A stretch of DNA of 64,000 nt from positions 186,434,001-186,498,000 of the forward strand of contig OX597814.1 of NCBI GenBank assembly GCA_951406725.2. The letters are read 5' to 3'. Under the pieces are notes generated by a model. It was not told the origin of the DNA. It searched no databases and was given only the letters and a program-made list of their open reading frames with translations. Each line of letters begins with the position of its first letter. The stretch's first letter is position 1. This document shows positions 26,014 to 40,500 of the stretch, piece by piece. A program made the position numbers and the translations under genes. This DNA comes from Octopus vulgaris (taxonomy: Eukaryota).

Positions 26014-29000
26014 ATAATCATTTTATGTCCAGTTTTCCATGCCAGCTGGAGTTTAATAGGCTGTCTTAGTTCAAGTTATCTTGCACATATAACAGTCAAC
26101 CGGTCAGCTTTGGTATTGTGTCTTATGGTGTGAACTGGGCATTTCACTGTACCACTGGCACTTGAGAAGTTGTCCTATGTCAAGAGGATTATAGAGTCTC
26201 CTCTACCCTATATCAGTGCTTATGCAAAGTTGCTACCCTCCTTGACAGGTAGCCACATCTTGCTCATACATCCCATTTTGGCACGTCCTCTACACCTGAA
26301 GGCCCTTCCTGTCATTAACCTCTTAATACAGACTATGCCGGGTGAAATGCATAGCCGTCTTTCGCCTGCCGTTACGTTCTGAGTTCAAATTCCGCCAAGG
26401 TCGACTTTGCCTTTCACCTTTCGGGGTCAATAAATTAAGTAGCAGTTATGCACTGGGGTCGATGTAATTGACTTGATCCGTTTGTCTGTCCTTGTTTGTC
26501 CCCTCTGTGTTTAGCCCCCTCATGGGTAGTAAAGAAATATATTTGGTGCAGTTTGTGGTGCCACTAGCTCTTGAGAGCTTATTCTATGTGAGGACTAAAA
26601 TGTTCTCCCTTTTCTTTATCAGAAGTTATCTAGATTTAGAGTACCAGTGGTACTGTGAAACACTCAGTTCACACCATAAGACACAATACCAAAGCTGACT
26701 GGTTGACTGTTGTATGTGCAAGATGACTTGAATCAAGACAGCCTATTAAACTCCTGCTGGCATGCTATCTTAGAGGGGTGACCATCCAAAGATTGGGAAC
26801 ACGAGACTTAGAGTAATGGCAATGAAGTTTTTTGGGGTTATAATAAATGAAGTAAAATTCTTATGCCTTGAGTACTCTTTTTACTCTTTTTTTGTACAGT
26901 TCTGTGTTCTGTAACACAGTAAACATAGATAGATTTAATTGTAAGGATAATTTAAAAGAATATCTTAACATTAATATCATAGGTTTATGACTGTGATGTC
27001 TTTATTTTTGTTTGGTGAATTTCACTTTATGTTAAAGAGTTTACCTGACAAGAAAATCCAGGCAATTCTGGGTTCTAAATTTTAAGCTATCATTGCTATT
27101 GAACTTTAAACAATTGGCAATTTAACTATACAGATATGAATTGCTTAGCAAAATTTTTCCATTTAAAATAATACATTCAGCATACTACTATGCAGCAACA
27201 GTATTCATGGACAAAATTTTGCTGATTTATCTTTTTTTTATTCTGAATATTCACCTGCTTTTCTGAATAAATTCTTAATATTCAAGCAGGTGATTGTCCA
27301 CTACTCTATCCTCTTATTTCACTCATGCTTTCATTGGTGTATCTAAATATCAAGTAGCCGTGTATTAGTTCTAAACAGTTTGCAGTTAATATATTAGTGA
27401 AGAAATTTATCTCAAAGATATTGTATTTTTGCAGATAATATTTTGATATTTTAATGACAGAGCTTTCAAAATATGTTTTTATCTACTGAGTGTAGTGTTC
27501 CAAAATTGAATTAATTTTATCATTGTTGTATGGATTCAAATGACTTGAAGTTCCTCAATCATTTGCTGACATTTAATGAACTACTCAAGTCTGTAATTAA
27601 ATTGTTATTTAAGTGAAATATTAAGAATTCAGACTTAATTTGAAAGCATTTGCTTTAATTTGAGCGACTCTCAATAGTTTAAACAGAAAACTCAGCTGCT
27701 TCTATTTTGTTTTCCTACCCCTTCCAACTTTATTGCATTGCACCAAATGTTGTCATGTTGCAGTTGAAATGAAGTGCTGACTCATTCAAATGCATTTCCT
27801 TGGATTATGTAAGAGTAAAATATCAGAGTTTCAAATGGTGGTTAATGTTTGTATGCTTTTATTATTGCTGTTTGAAACATTACCCTCATCAGTGTCTGTA
27901 ATATCACACAGCATGTCTCAGATTTAACATGCTGTGACTGAACCAATGAACACTTCATTGTTTTCATGGTGTTACATTGATGGAAGAAAACATTTTAAAG
28001 GCCAGGAAATGCAAACATAAATAATACAGTTAGTTACAACTCATTGGGGATGTAAAATGTAATGTGCAATTTTGTTGACCTTTTTCAAAACATACTGCAT
28101 GAACGACCTGATAAATTGGTTGCTATGAGAAACAAATTAATGATTTTAAAAATAAAATATAATGGAATTGAAATTTATTATTTTTATAAGCTTTCTGTGT
28201 CTGTTCAGTAGTAAAGTACTCAAAAAATGTACTTCATAATTGAACAAAGACTAATTACATTTTAAGTTCTCTTTGTCAAGAATAACAGCATGTCTTTGAG
28301 ACATGCTTAATGACTGTTTAAAAAATAGTCTTTCATATAATTATTTTAGTCGCCAAGCATATATTTTATTACTTTAAATTTGAGAAATTAATATATATCA
28401 AATAGTAATGTTAATAATAAATATTAACTAGTTACAATATCAAAGTAAAGCTATAAAATATGCATTTTCTAACACATACACTCTCTTTCGCTCACTCATG
28501 TTTTAAGGCCATGTGTGTGTACATATATATATATATAAAATAAACGAATGGAAAATGGAATGAACAACATTATTTAAAATTATTACTACAATTGTTTCGA
28601 CACAGTTTAACATTCATATTACATTGGCGAGATGTTATGTAACCATTATCATCCTTCCAAAGTGTAAAATGCAACTCCTCTAGTGATTGTTTAAATGAGA
28701 CTTTCGTTAGATCTTGCTGACATTTCACTTAGTGTGAGAACGCATACCCAAAGCTGTGTGTTATTTTCAGCAGTTTACAGACAAAACCAAACTCATAGAT
28801 ATACTGACAGACAAAATACAATTATAATCAAAATGCAAAATAAAGAAATAGGCAAAAAACGGTGGGGTAAGGCTGGCTATAAATTATAATTCTACCTTCA
28901 TGGTCAGATTATAAGAAAGAAAATGCAAAACAGAATCAAGAATGAATTTCAGCTCTGAAAAACTAAAATGATGAAGACTGACCGTTCCTGTGCTTATCAA

Positions 29001-30353
29001 CTGTTTCTTTGTTTAAACAAAAACCTGAGGAGGTGAATTTTACACCTTGGATGGATGATAATGGTTACACATCTTACCAATCTATTACAAGTGTAAAAAT
29101 GTGTAGTAACAATTGTATTGATTTTGAATGTAGAATATTGTTCATTCCATTTTCTGTCATTTATCTATTTATATAAACTTTATGGTATTACTGATGTATA
29201 TCCAGTAACAAGAGTATTTCCACTGTATGATGATGTCAGATAGCCAATAACTGTGGACAAGCTTTACATAACATACTACAAGATTTTTACCCAAATTGTA
29301 TTTAGCTTATATGCATATATGTATAGATACATTTACAAAAAAAAACAAAACTCATCCATAGATATGTACATGAAAGTGTGTGTATGTATGTGTGTGTATG
29401 TACATATGTATATATATATATTCATATAAATATTAAAAAAATAAATAAATGCACTCTTTTAAACCCTAGCCAGGCTCATGGGCCCGGTTCCCCGGTTTCT
29501 ATGGCATATGTGTTCCCCAGCTGGACGGGACGCCAGTCCATCGCAGCGTTACTCATTTTTGCCAGCTGAGTGGACTGGAGCAACGTGAAATTAAGTGTTT
29601 TGCTTAAGAACACAACACGTCGCCTGGTCCAGGAATTGAAACCACAATCTTACGATCATGATGCTGACACCCTAACCACTAAGTCACGCACTTCCACTCA
29701 TATAAATATAAACAAAAATAATTGAAAAAATTATGGTAGACTAAGGAAAACAAAAATAAATTTGACCAAATATATTACAACTGTATAATTCTGTTAGTTA
29801 TTGTTACGTTCTAGAGAAATGATGATTGCACAGAGTTTCCTTACCTTTAGGTAAAAGCCACATTTTCTCCCTTTCAGATAAAAACATTTTATTTACTATA
29901 ATTCATTTATCATTTTTTTTTTTTTTTTTCATCATCATTATCCTTATTTTAACATTTTCTGTATGGCAATTACAAATCGAAAATCATAAAGATGAATATT
30001 TTAAAGTCATATAATGTGTAAAAGTAGAATTTAATCAATAAATATCAATTCTACATCACTAACATCTATAAATAGTAAGTCATCTTTCTAATGATGTATA
30101 TACGTTACTTTATAGTGGGACTTTCTAAAGAATTTAAAAGAATTTTCCAAAAAGAACCTCACATTCATCTTTCCCTTTCTGTTTCATTTTTTTTTTCTCT
30201 CATACATGTTGTCAATTGCATAGATCATCTGTTGCCTGTCAATCTGTCACTGTCTACATATCTGCCTGTTGTTGTTGTTCATTCATAGATGTATGTGTGT
30301 GTGTGTGTGTGTATGTATGGTCTACAAATACATATATATATATATATACATGT

Positions 30354-30398
<45 letters not shown>

Positions 30399-30568
30399 AG
30401 TGTGTACATATACATATGTGTGTGTATGTGTATATATTTTTATATATATATATGTGTATATATATATATATATATTTGTATTTATATATATATATATGTA
30501 TGTGTGTATATATATATATGTATTTATATATATGTATATGCATGTGTATGTATATGTATATATGTATG

Positions 30569-30601
<33 letters not shown>

Positions 30602-30828
30602 GGATTTATGTATATCTCTATGCATGTATGTATATATATATATATATGTATATATATGTATGGGCATATATATGTCTGTGTGTATATGTATATATGCATG
30701 TGTATACATATATATATGTATACATGTGTATATATACATGTGTATATATGTATGTGTATATGTATATATACATGTGTACATGAATATATATGTATACTTC
30801 TGTGTGTGTGTGTATATATATATATGTA

Positions 30829-30870
<42 letters not shown>

Positions 30871-31027
30871 CATGTATTTATATGTATACATGTATTTATA
30901 TGTATACATGTATAAATGTATACATGTATTTGTATGTATACATGTATGTATATGTATACATGCATTTATATACATGTGTATATATATATACATAATATAT
31001 ATATATATATATATATATACATTTATG

Positions 31028-31061
<34 letters not shown>

Positions 31062-31226
31062 ACATACATTTATGTATGTGTGTGTGTGTATATATATATG
31101 TGTGTATATATATATATATACATTTATGTATGTGTGTATATATAAATGTATATATATATGTGTATATATATATGTGTGTATATATATATATACATTTATG
31201 TATGTGTGTGTATATAAATGTATGTA

Positions 31227-31288
<62 letters not shown>

Positions 31289-33368
31289 TAGCATTTTGGG
31301 TGTGTAGTCTGTTTGCTCATTTTTGTGTTAGACTCATCTTAGCATTCCATTCATTATTGTATATGTCTGCTTGTTCCTCAGTATTATATGTCTGTAACAC
31401 TGTGTTAGAAGAAATGTTTGTTGTCAAATTCAATTTCATTTGTTATCAGTTTGCTCATCCATGCATTATTTTGTTCCTTTCCACCCCTCAGCTAAGATAT
31501 CTAGTTATGAGTATTTTGCCATTTCTCCTCTTTCTATTGTCACATTCTGATGTTATTTTGTTGACATGTTGTTATCATATAGATTACCCAGTGTAAATTG
31601 TGAATTTTAAAATATACATTTTAAAATGTATTTTATAATTTATACATCGAGTTTTCATATATTTTCTCTCTTCAACATTAGTTTCTCATTTTTCTTCATA
31701 TTTCTTTAAAAGGGCAATTTTTTCCCCCATTAGCTTTGTTGTATCTACATCATGCTTGTTTTAAACTATCCATATTCTACCTCTAAATCTTTGAGAATTA
31801 GAAGTTCTAGAATATATGTAGCATTATCTAAGTAAGTTTTCATTAAGTTAAAGATATGGTTTGGTAATTCTGAAATTCTGAAATAATCTTCTTGAGTTAA
31901 AGGTGATGGAATTTAATTTTTGTCTGAATTTCTGAGATAAAGATTTATCCTTATTGTATACTGATGTATTTAGGCTGTTATCTCCATACTGGTTGTTTAG
32001 TTATAATGGCTGAAATGATGCTGCATTGACCACAATGACGACACTAGTCTGAATATGTCAGTGTATAAGATGATAGATTTAAGGGTTTTTTTTCTATTTG
32101 ATTTATTATTTTCTTATATACACACACACTTTACTTCAAGGACACATATAGAGACACATGTCCACACATATGGAGATGCACATCCATACATACAAACATG
32201 GTACATAGTTGCAAAACACACACATACATGCATACACAAGGAGACAGAAGTGCATACATATACAAATGCATGCTCACACATACATAAAAAAATACACAAA
32301 CACAGACATGCAAGCATATGAATAAGCAGAATACATATATACAGATGCACACACATACATAATATATACATATGGATACACATACTTGCATACATACATA
32401 CATACATGCATGCATAGGCACACACACACACACACACACGTGCACAAACAAAGGTTGCAAGATGCAACGAAAATTTTAGGAAAATATAAATAAGGAATAA
32501 GTGGAAATTTCACCGGTGAGTGTGTTAAATTATAAGGCACAAAATGAAAATGATTCTCCCCAGACACAACAGAATATGCTTCAACACACGAACTCACATA
32601 CAGAATCTTGCAAACCAAATCCAAAACAAAATATCATCTTAAAACTAATGTTTTGTTGAGCTAATTGTTAGAACATTCAGTATTCAGCTTTAAACTATAT
32701 CTGATTTCGCTAATTAGCTTAAATTGAATAAAACGTACTAAAATTCACTATCAATAACAAATATTGTGTTGATCTGTTTTCTTTTTAACAGTTGGTTTAA
32801 TCTGATATAATTGTTATCATCTGGTCCCTTCATTTCTTTAGTAATTATTAAAATCGTTATAACATTGTATTAAGGTTTTAGAAGATATTCTATTCATGTT
32901 CTGTTTATTTTGGAACATGTTCTTTGATTTTATTCGTACAGAACTTTCATGCTTAGAGAAAACTTTAAGGTTATTAAGTCTTTCGCACTTATTAGCTATT
33001 GGTTGACAGTGAAACCATGTGATACCTGCTTAACTTTGAATAGCATAGAAATGGTTCTATTGAAAAAGAAAAAGACAATGCTGAGCAATTGAAAATGGGT
33101 GCTCAAGATTTGTTATAGAAGTAAAGTAGAGGTTGTATGGTGAAATGTTAAAATTGCAGTTCATCCTTTGAACTGTTATATTTATAAGGTTTCAGTAAAT
33201 AAATATTAATATAAAATAATGCTATTCACTGACATCTAGAATTACTGCAGCAATCAATATTAATCTGGTTGAAATTTAAGTTCAAATCCAGATGAATGTA
33301 TGCATAATGTCAGTAGCAATGATATCTATCTAAAATCATCCTTTTAAAAGTTTTCCTATGATTACCTT

Positions 33369-33401
<33 letters not shown>

Positions 33402-36400
33402 AGTGTACAAAAACAAACAAGAACAAAAGAAAAACAAACATGCCAAAAACTAAAATCCCAGAATAACAACACATACATTCAACTTGGTATACTAAAGAAA
33501 CAAGCATTTCAACAAAAATACCCTTGGTCCCAGGGGTAGGCCCAATGCGACCACAGAAGTGAATGTATGCCAAGATTAGATGCCTTTTCCTTTCATGCTA
33601 TTCATAGTGCCCATGATGGTGGGTTCCTCTCCCCACCACTGCCACCAAATCCTTGGTACTATGGAGAGGCTTGCTGGTCCTCACTCTCCCAACAACACCC
33701 CAAATGCAGCAGTCCAAGGGGTTCAAATCAAGAGAATTAGGGAGTCACAAGCACACAGTGTTTTTGTAGGGGAGGGGTGAATTTTACTGGACATGAGCTA
33801 TTCTCTTCTTTTTGCTTATACCTTTTTATTTATACCTTGAAGTCTTTGTGCATATCACATATCAAGTAGTGGATTCCACCACTTGGAAATTTTGGTGGTG
33901 GCTTCCATCAATACATTGAGGGTGTCATTGTTGATATCTTGGATCTGCTGGATAAACTCTGCTGTTCTCATGATATAACGATCACTGTGAATCTTTCTTT
34001 CTCTTAATCACAAATAACATGTCACTGCCAGTGGACCCCTGCTCTTGTCCTGAACATGCATAACCCAGCCATGTTCATGAAGCTGACCATCACCAAGTCA
34101 CTGTGGCTGGCAGCATGCCTTTCCATTTCCTGTGTCATATTGGAATCTGCCATGTTGATACTGGCAACAATGAGAAAATTAAAACTAGATACGTTGCATA
34201 TAAGATTGTTAGTCATTTTCCATTTATGGCCTGCTAAAGTTTGTTCACAGTTACCCAATGCACCTTGTATGTGTGTGTGTATTTAAAAGCACATACACTT
34301 GCACAGTATATCTTACATAAGTTATAATATCATGCTTGCAAGAAGCAGAAATTCTAATCTCCATCTCTTCATGAAAACTGCAATGAAAATTGACAGTTAT
34401 AGACTAAATGTAGTCTGTTAAGTATATAAAGATTATCATCATTGCATAGAATAGATTTAGGTAAACTGTTGTATTGAAATAGTTTCTGAATTTGAAATAT
34501 CTTATACTTGGTTACAGTCTAGTTTCCATTTTAGCAAAATTGATTTTTGATATTTTTATGATTCACTTGGAAGTAGCAGCGAAAAACTTGTCTTTTAGAT
34601 ATTGATTTGCACCAACATTTATTCAAATGGCTAAGAACAAAATGTTTTGGGACCAACATAAAGATTAGTATTTGGTTTAAACAGCTTCAGATTTCAAATC
34701 TTTATCTTACCTAGACATATTCCTAATGTTAAACATCAGTGAGAATGGAATTAATACTTTATGAATAATTGTGCTGATATCATTGAATTATTATTATTAT
34801 TATCATTGTTTCATTGAGATATTTTGTCGGTATATTAACAGTTGAAGAGACTAAGATACTTCCAAGAACAGCTTGTATACTATTGACTTTTTACAATACC
34901 ATCTTCAAATCTTGCAAAATAATTGGTACTTCTATCAAATATATTCTTGAAATCAGTAGGCAAATAAATACTCATCATCTTTCATATGGTTTTCTCATTT
35001 TACTCATTATTTCTAAAGATAACCCTCAAATTTTCACCAGTTTATTGAATTGTAAAGTTAACCAAAGCCCAAATTCATATTTATATACCAGATAATACTT
35101 TATTTAAAATTTATAATTGAATGAAAAAAAGAACATATAATTGGAATAATAATTTATTCACTTCTAACTGAACAGTTGCCAAAAGCAAAACAAAAATCTC
35201 TGTAAAATAAAACTATAAAGTTATGGAAATTAAAAGTAATAGATTCCCACCAAGTAAAGAAAACCACTCTTTTGAACATTAACTTTATGTAACAAATACC
35301 ATAATATATGTATCAATTATCATCTACTCATCTATGTTTCTAACATGTGAGAAGTTTTTTGGTGGTGAGAGATCTTCATATTAGCTTTAAACTTGTTGTA
35401 TTTTAATTACACTTTAAAATACACCTGAGTTTAAAAGATCTGCCAAATTTCTGCTATAAAATCATTATTTCTTCCAAATATAATACAATGGTATTTTTTC
35501 AAACATGGTATGATAACATTAAGAAATTCTACTTCATATTTGTTTCTGATGCTAATTAACCAACATTTCCTTGTTAAATATAGAAAAGCTTATATATTGA
35601 ATCTTAATTGATCTAAATGGGGCAGGGAAGAAAAGAAAATTTTTGATCTCTGTTATTTGGTTTAAAAAAAAAGTGGGACTTTCAGTAGAAATTACATTGT
35701 TTGGTATTTTGTTAAAAGGTTTGTTTTGATCATTTCTATTGAATTGTGATATTGCTGGTTTCAAATAGATCTTGCAATCATCATTCAGTAATAAATGCTG
35801 GATAATTTGTTACTTCTAAATGTGTATGAGTGTGTGTATCTGTATGTGTGATGAGACTTTGGTCTCTCATTTTCTTCAACTTTGATACTGAGTAGATTGT
35901 TGATTGCAAGTTGTATTGAAACCAGTTATATCTCAATCCTGGCAAACAGAATACTTTTCTGTTTATTTTATTACAAAAACTTCTCTTTAAAAAAAAATGG
36001 CAGATTTTTTATTTTTTGCTTCATTTTGTGAATTTTTTTTTACATAAAATGTATTAAAAAATATTTTTTAGTATTAAAAAAAAGCTGTAAAATATACATT
36101 GTCATTGACTTCATTTGAAACTTCTCATTAGGTAATAATTTTCCTTATTACTCTTATATATATTAAAAAAAAAAGGTAATTTTCTCCAGAATTATCATAC
36201 AGTTTTTATTAATATTATAATCAATAGAGTAATAATAGGTCAGTATAAACATCTGTCTTTTTCTTCTTTAATTTTCAATCTTCGTAAATAACTTTTATAC
36301 TTAGAATAAAAAAATCCCTTGTTCTTTTTGCATTCAAAGAATTTATACATTATTATCTTTTTTGCTTAAATCTCCCCAGCCAAATAATTATGAATATTTT

Positions 36401-37550
36401 CTGAATAAATTATCCTTTTGGCGAACTAACTTTACATTTTCAATTGTCACTCTCTTCAGTTTTTATCCTTTTTCTTCCATTTTTAAATCTTTACCTTAGT
36501 GAGGTGTTTTAAAACTCTAATTCTTGCTGACAACTCTCTCTCCTTTTTTCTCTTATTCATCAACAATGGCTTTATTTGCCACACAGCTTCAGTTTGGGAT
36601 GTCTATATATCTTATTTTTATCTCTTCATTTTTATCTTTATTTCAATCGAAGTTGGTATCTGTTGCTCTATGTTCTTTTGTCTCTTATCCTTAGGCATGC
36701 ACTTCATTCTCCCTGCGTGATGATGCCTAAGATTTGCTTTATTTTACAAATTTATAGGCATAATATTGTTGTCTTTTTAATCAATCTTATCACTTTAAAC
36801 TGGAAATTTTTTAATCAAAGATAGAGTATCTATAGTGGTAGACATGGTGTTGATAACGTTAAAACCTATACTTTTAGTGTTAACAAAATACTTTCAACTC
36901 TTAGCGTATTTATCTGTGAGAAGGTACAGTGCTAAACCTTTTCTCCAATCGTTATTGTGACAGGAGTAAATCTCAGTTTTCTATAAAGTTCAAATTGAAA
37001 ATTACTTCTTTCAGTTTGATAGTTATCTCTGAGTTATAAAGTGAGTTTATCTTATTTCAAACTTAATAACTTCATACATTAATATCCAGCAATTACTTTC
37101 TTTTTTTTTTAAATTCATGATAAGTTGAAAATATATATATAACAATCTTAAAGCATTTTAACTATTCTTACCAACATATCGAGAACCCTATTATTTTTTT
37201 TTTCTCACTTGTTTTCAATTATAGTATTTGATTCACCTATCATCTTTAGACTCCTCTTATCTAAACTCTAATTACAGTACTATCAAACTGATCAGATTGC
37301 ATATATCCTAAGTTTTGTTTTTATTTATATATACTTCTTTACATCACAGCTTCTCTCCCTTAAAAGCTACTAACAGCTTACATCAAAGTTTGATTGGAAA
37401 TTTAAACATTTCTCTCCCATCACTTACACACTTTCAACTTTTCTTATTTTCATCTGACGTAAATGTCATTAAAATACAGCCTTCATGATATCAATTATAT
37501 TTTAGTTTGATTTTTATCTGATAAAACTTGAAGTATTTTTATTTGAAGAC

Positions 37551-37587
<37 letters not shown>

Positions 37588-40500
37588 GGCTTAAAACTTC
37601 AAAACTCAGCAAAATGTAGAACTTTAAAAATAAAATTACTATAATTTCTCCAAAGCTAATTGAAGAAACAATAATGATAATGAAAGGCTTGCTTTTGGTA
37701 GGGAATTAGCCTCCATTACCCACCATTACTATTTTGTCGTACCAGACCTATAATTCTCTCTAATCAACAATGCCTGAATGACCCACTTCCATCACCTCCC
37801 TGCTGTCCACCCTTCCACACTGCTCTCTTGTTGTCTTAATCTGCCAGTACACTAGAGATCTATGGTCAGAATCCATTCCATCTCCTCGTATTCCAATCTT
37901 GCTGCCAAAAATGCTGGCCACCTAGCAATATTATTTCTTATTGCCTGCTATGTATTTTTTTTCTATAAAATGAAATTCTTCCACAGCTGTTGGAGATTAT
38001 TTTTGCTTGTTTTATTCTTTAATTTCTTTTAGTTTAGTTTTGAATTTAACATTTTTTTTATTGTTCTTTACTGCATTTTTCAATTTTTTTCTTGCTTTAT
38101 TCACTAAAAAATGCGCTTCTACTGACCTCTGTCCTATCAATTTTGCTTCATTTTATACAGATCCTTGCATCATCCATTTTTTTGTTATTAATAAATATTT
38201 TGTCTTAATGAAATAGGATTGAATAATATTTAGAACTTGAAAACTGTGTGAAAAATATCCATACTTTTTCTCACCATGATAACTGATGTATAGTAGTTTG
38301 AACCAGGAAATTCTTTTCTGTTATCAAATAAGCTATCACTAGATGAAGAGATTTTTAGACTTCTACTCCTAATATGCTTCTTTGCCTTCTGTTAAAAGTT
38401 TAACAAGATTAGAATCCATTTCAAAAGTTAGATTTAACCATGACTGCACTTTAAGAACTTCTATACCATTTTTTTTTCTTTTTTAAAGGAAAAGACATTT
38501 CTAGGTTTCTCTTGTGATATAAGTATATAATAGCTAAATTATTTTCCCCTGTTATCAGCATCAGCATCCCTAAATTTGTTAGTAACAAAGGTCTTGTTAT
38601 TATTCTATCTTGAACTACCAAAAGTATAGCAGTATTTTCCAGTACCTATCAAACGATTTAGTATTTGAATTCATTATCATGCTAATCACAATTAATCATA
38701 AAACATCCTAAATCCAGTTACATACATAATTCATTTAAGTTTTTTTTCTTTTAACAAGTTTCAACATTTTTTGTCATATTTAAACTATAATTTCTGCAAC
38801 TACATTAGCATAGCTTGCTTAATTGACACTGACAAAATATTTCAGGAGTAACAATCTACAAACAGTGTGTATTGTCTTTTATCTACATTTTTTTACTAAA
38901 TCTAATGGAGAAACACTTGCTTTTCTCAACTATCCTAGGATTTCACTCAAATGCTTTATCACCAGCTCCTATCTACCACTATATACACTCAGTTATACAT
39001 CCTTCCTTGTCTCTTTACTTCTGGACTAAGCCCTTGCATAATATTATCATTCATAGTCAGTATTATTAACATTTTTTTTTTTATTACTTTAAATTTTCCT
39101 CTAATTAAACTCATCAAACTGCTGGTATGGCATGACATTTCATCAAATTGCATGACTGTTTTTTTATTGTGCTTTTTTTGTAATGAATGTTTTCTGATTT
39201 TTCTAAATATTTTTGATTTTCATTTTTGATGTTATTACATGTTTTTATTTTTGCTATGGCTTGCTTATATATATATGTGTGTGTGCGTATGTGTGTGTGC
39301 ATTTGCATATATATATATATTTATATTTATATATATATATATTGTAGCTAGAATGTATTTATATGACTTGGTCCACGCAATGTTGTATTGTATTCGTTTT
39401 TTTTTTCTTTTCCCATCTCTCAAAAGCTAGATACCTGATACCTTCAAACAAACATATACTCATTCATGGGCCTACATAGCATGAATAGTATTCTAATAAC
39501 TTTTAGAAGAGTTGACATTTTATTTACACTAATAAAATTCAATATTCTATTTAGACTAATTTTTATTTTGTGGAAAAAAAAGTATCCATGCTATAGCTTT
39601 TCTGAAAACCATTTTTCATCATGTATAACATTATTTAAAATATTCAAATGTTTTTCTGTTTGTTTGGATTTTTTTTTTTTTTTTTACATTTAAAAAAAAA
39701 TATATTATTGAAATATATTTTAATAGAAATATCAATGAATTTTGGTATATTATATTTCTCATTTTATTAGCAGTATATATATATATTTTATTAAGTGTAC
39801 AATATTAAAATTGTCTGATAGCTTTTATAGAAATTAAGGCATATACAAAGTTTTCCTTTTAAATACTCTCTCCTTATCCCTATTCAATTTTTTTTTTTTT
39901 TTTTTTTTTGATAAAGTTCTACAAAAGCCAAATAATGAAAATCTGAAGTGTTTATTGCTTGAAATAGAATCAAAAATAATTTCTTTTCCTTCTTTTTACT
40001 GGAGGAAAAACTGAAAACAAAAAAAGTTCTTTACAGTTTCCAATGACTATAACTTTTTTTTTTTGCATAATATTTTAGCACTAAAAAAAATAGTTACATA
40101 CATACTCTTCAGTATGTGTGTATGTATGTGTGTGTGCATATATGTGTGTATGTTTTTTATGCATGAGCTCAACAATGTTTTTGGCACTAAACATTTTGGC
40201 TCATTAGCAATTTGATGTGTAAGTTCTAAGATTCATGAATTATATATCAAAGACAATAAACTGGCCTATTTGTGTCAACCCTTTAGATACTACTATCAAT
40301 AATTTAGGTATTTTCTACATATTACTTCTTATTATTTTTATCTTTTTCCAAACATTGCTTCTAATTAGTTAATAATTGATTATTTAGTATGTAAATAAAC
40401 TTTATCATGAATACTCTTTGTTTTATTTGGGGGTTGTTTTTATTTTCTGTATTCTGTTTTAGCTACAAAAACTTTTTTAATGGCTTTCCTTAAGTGAAAT

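Noticed and set aside
30216-31596. Long ORFs of 115-340 aa on both strands
   Set aside because: Y/I/C/V/H/T translations of a dinucleotide microsatellite; no coding signal.
38007-38216. Hydrophobic ORF resembling a membrane peptide
   Set aside because: F/L richness follows from the T-rich tract; no family motif.
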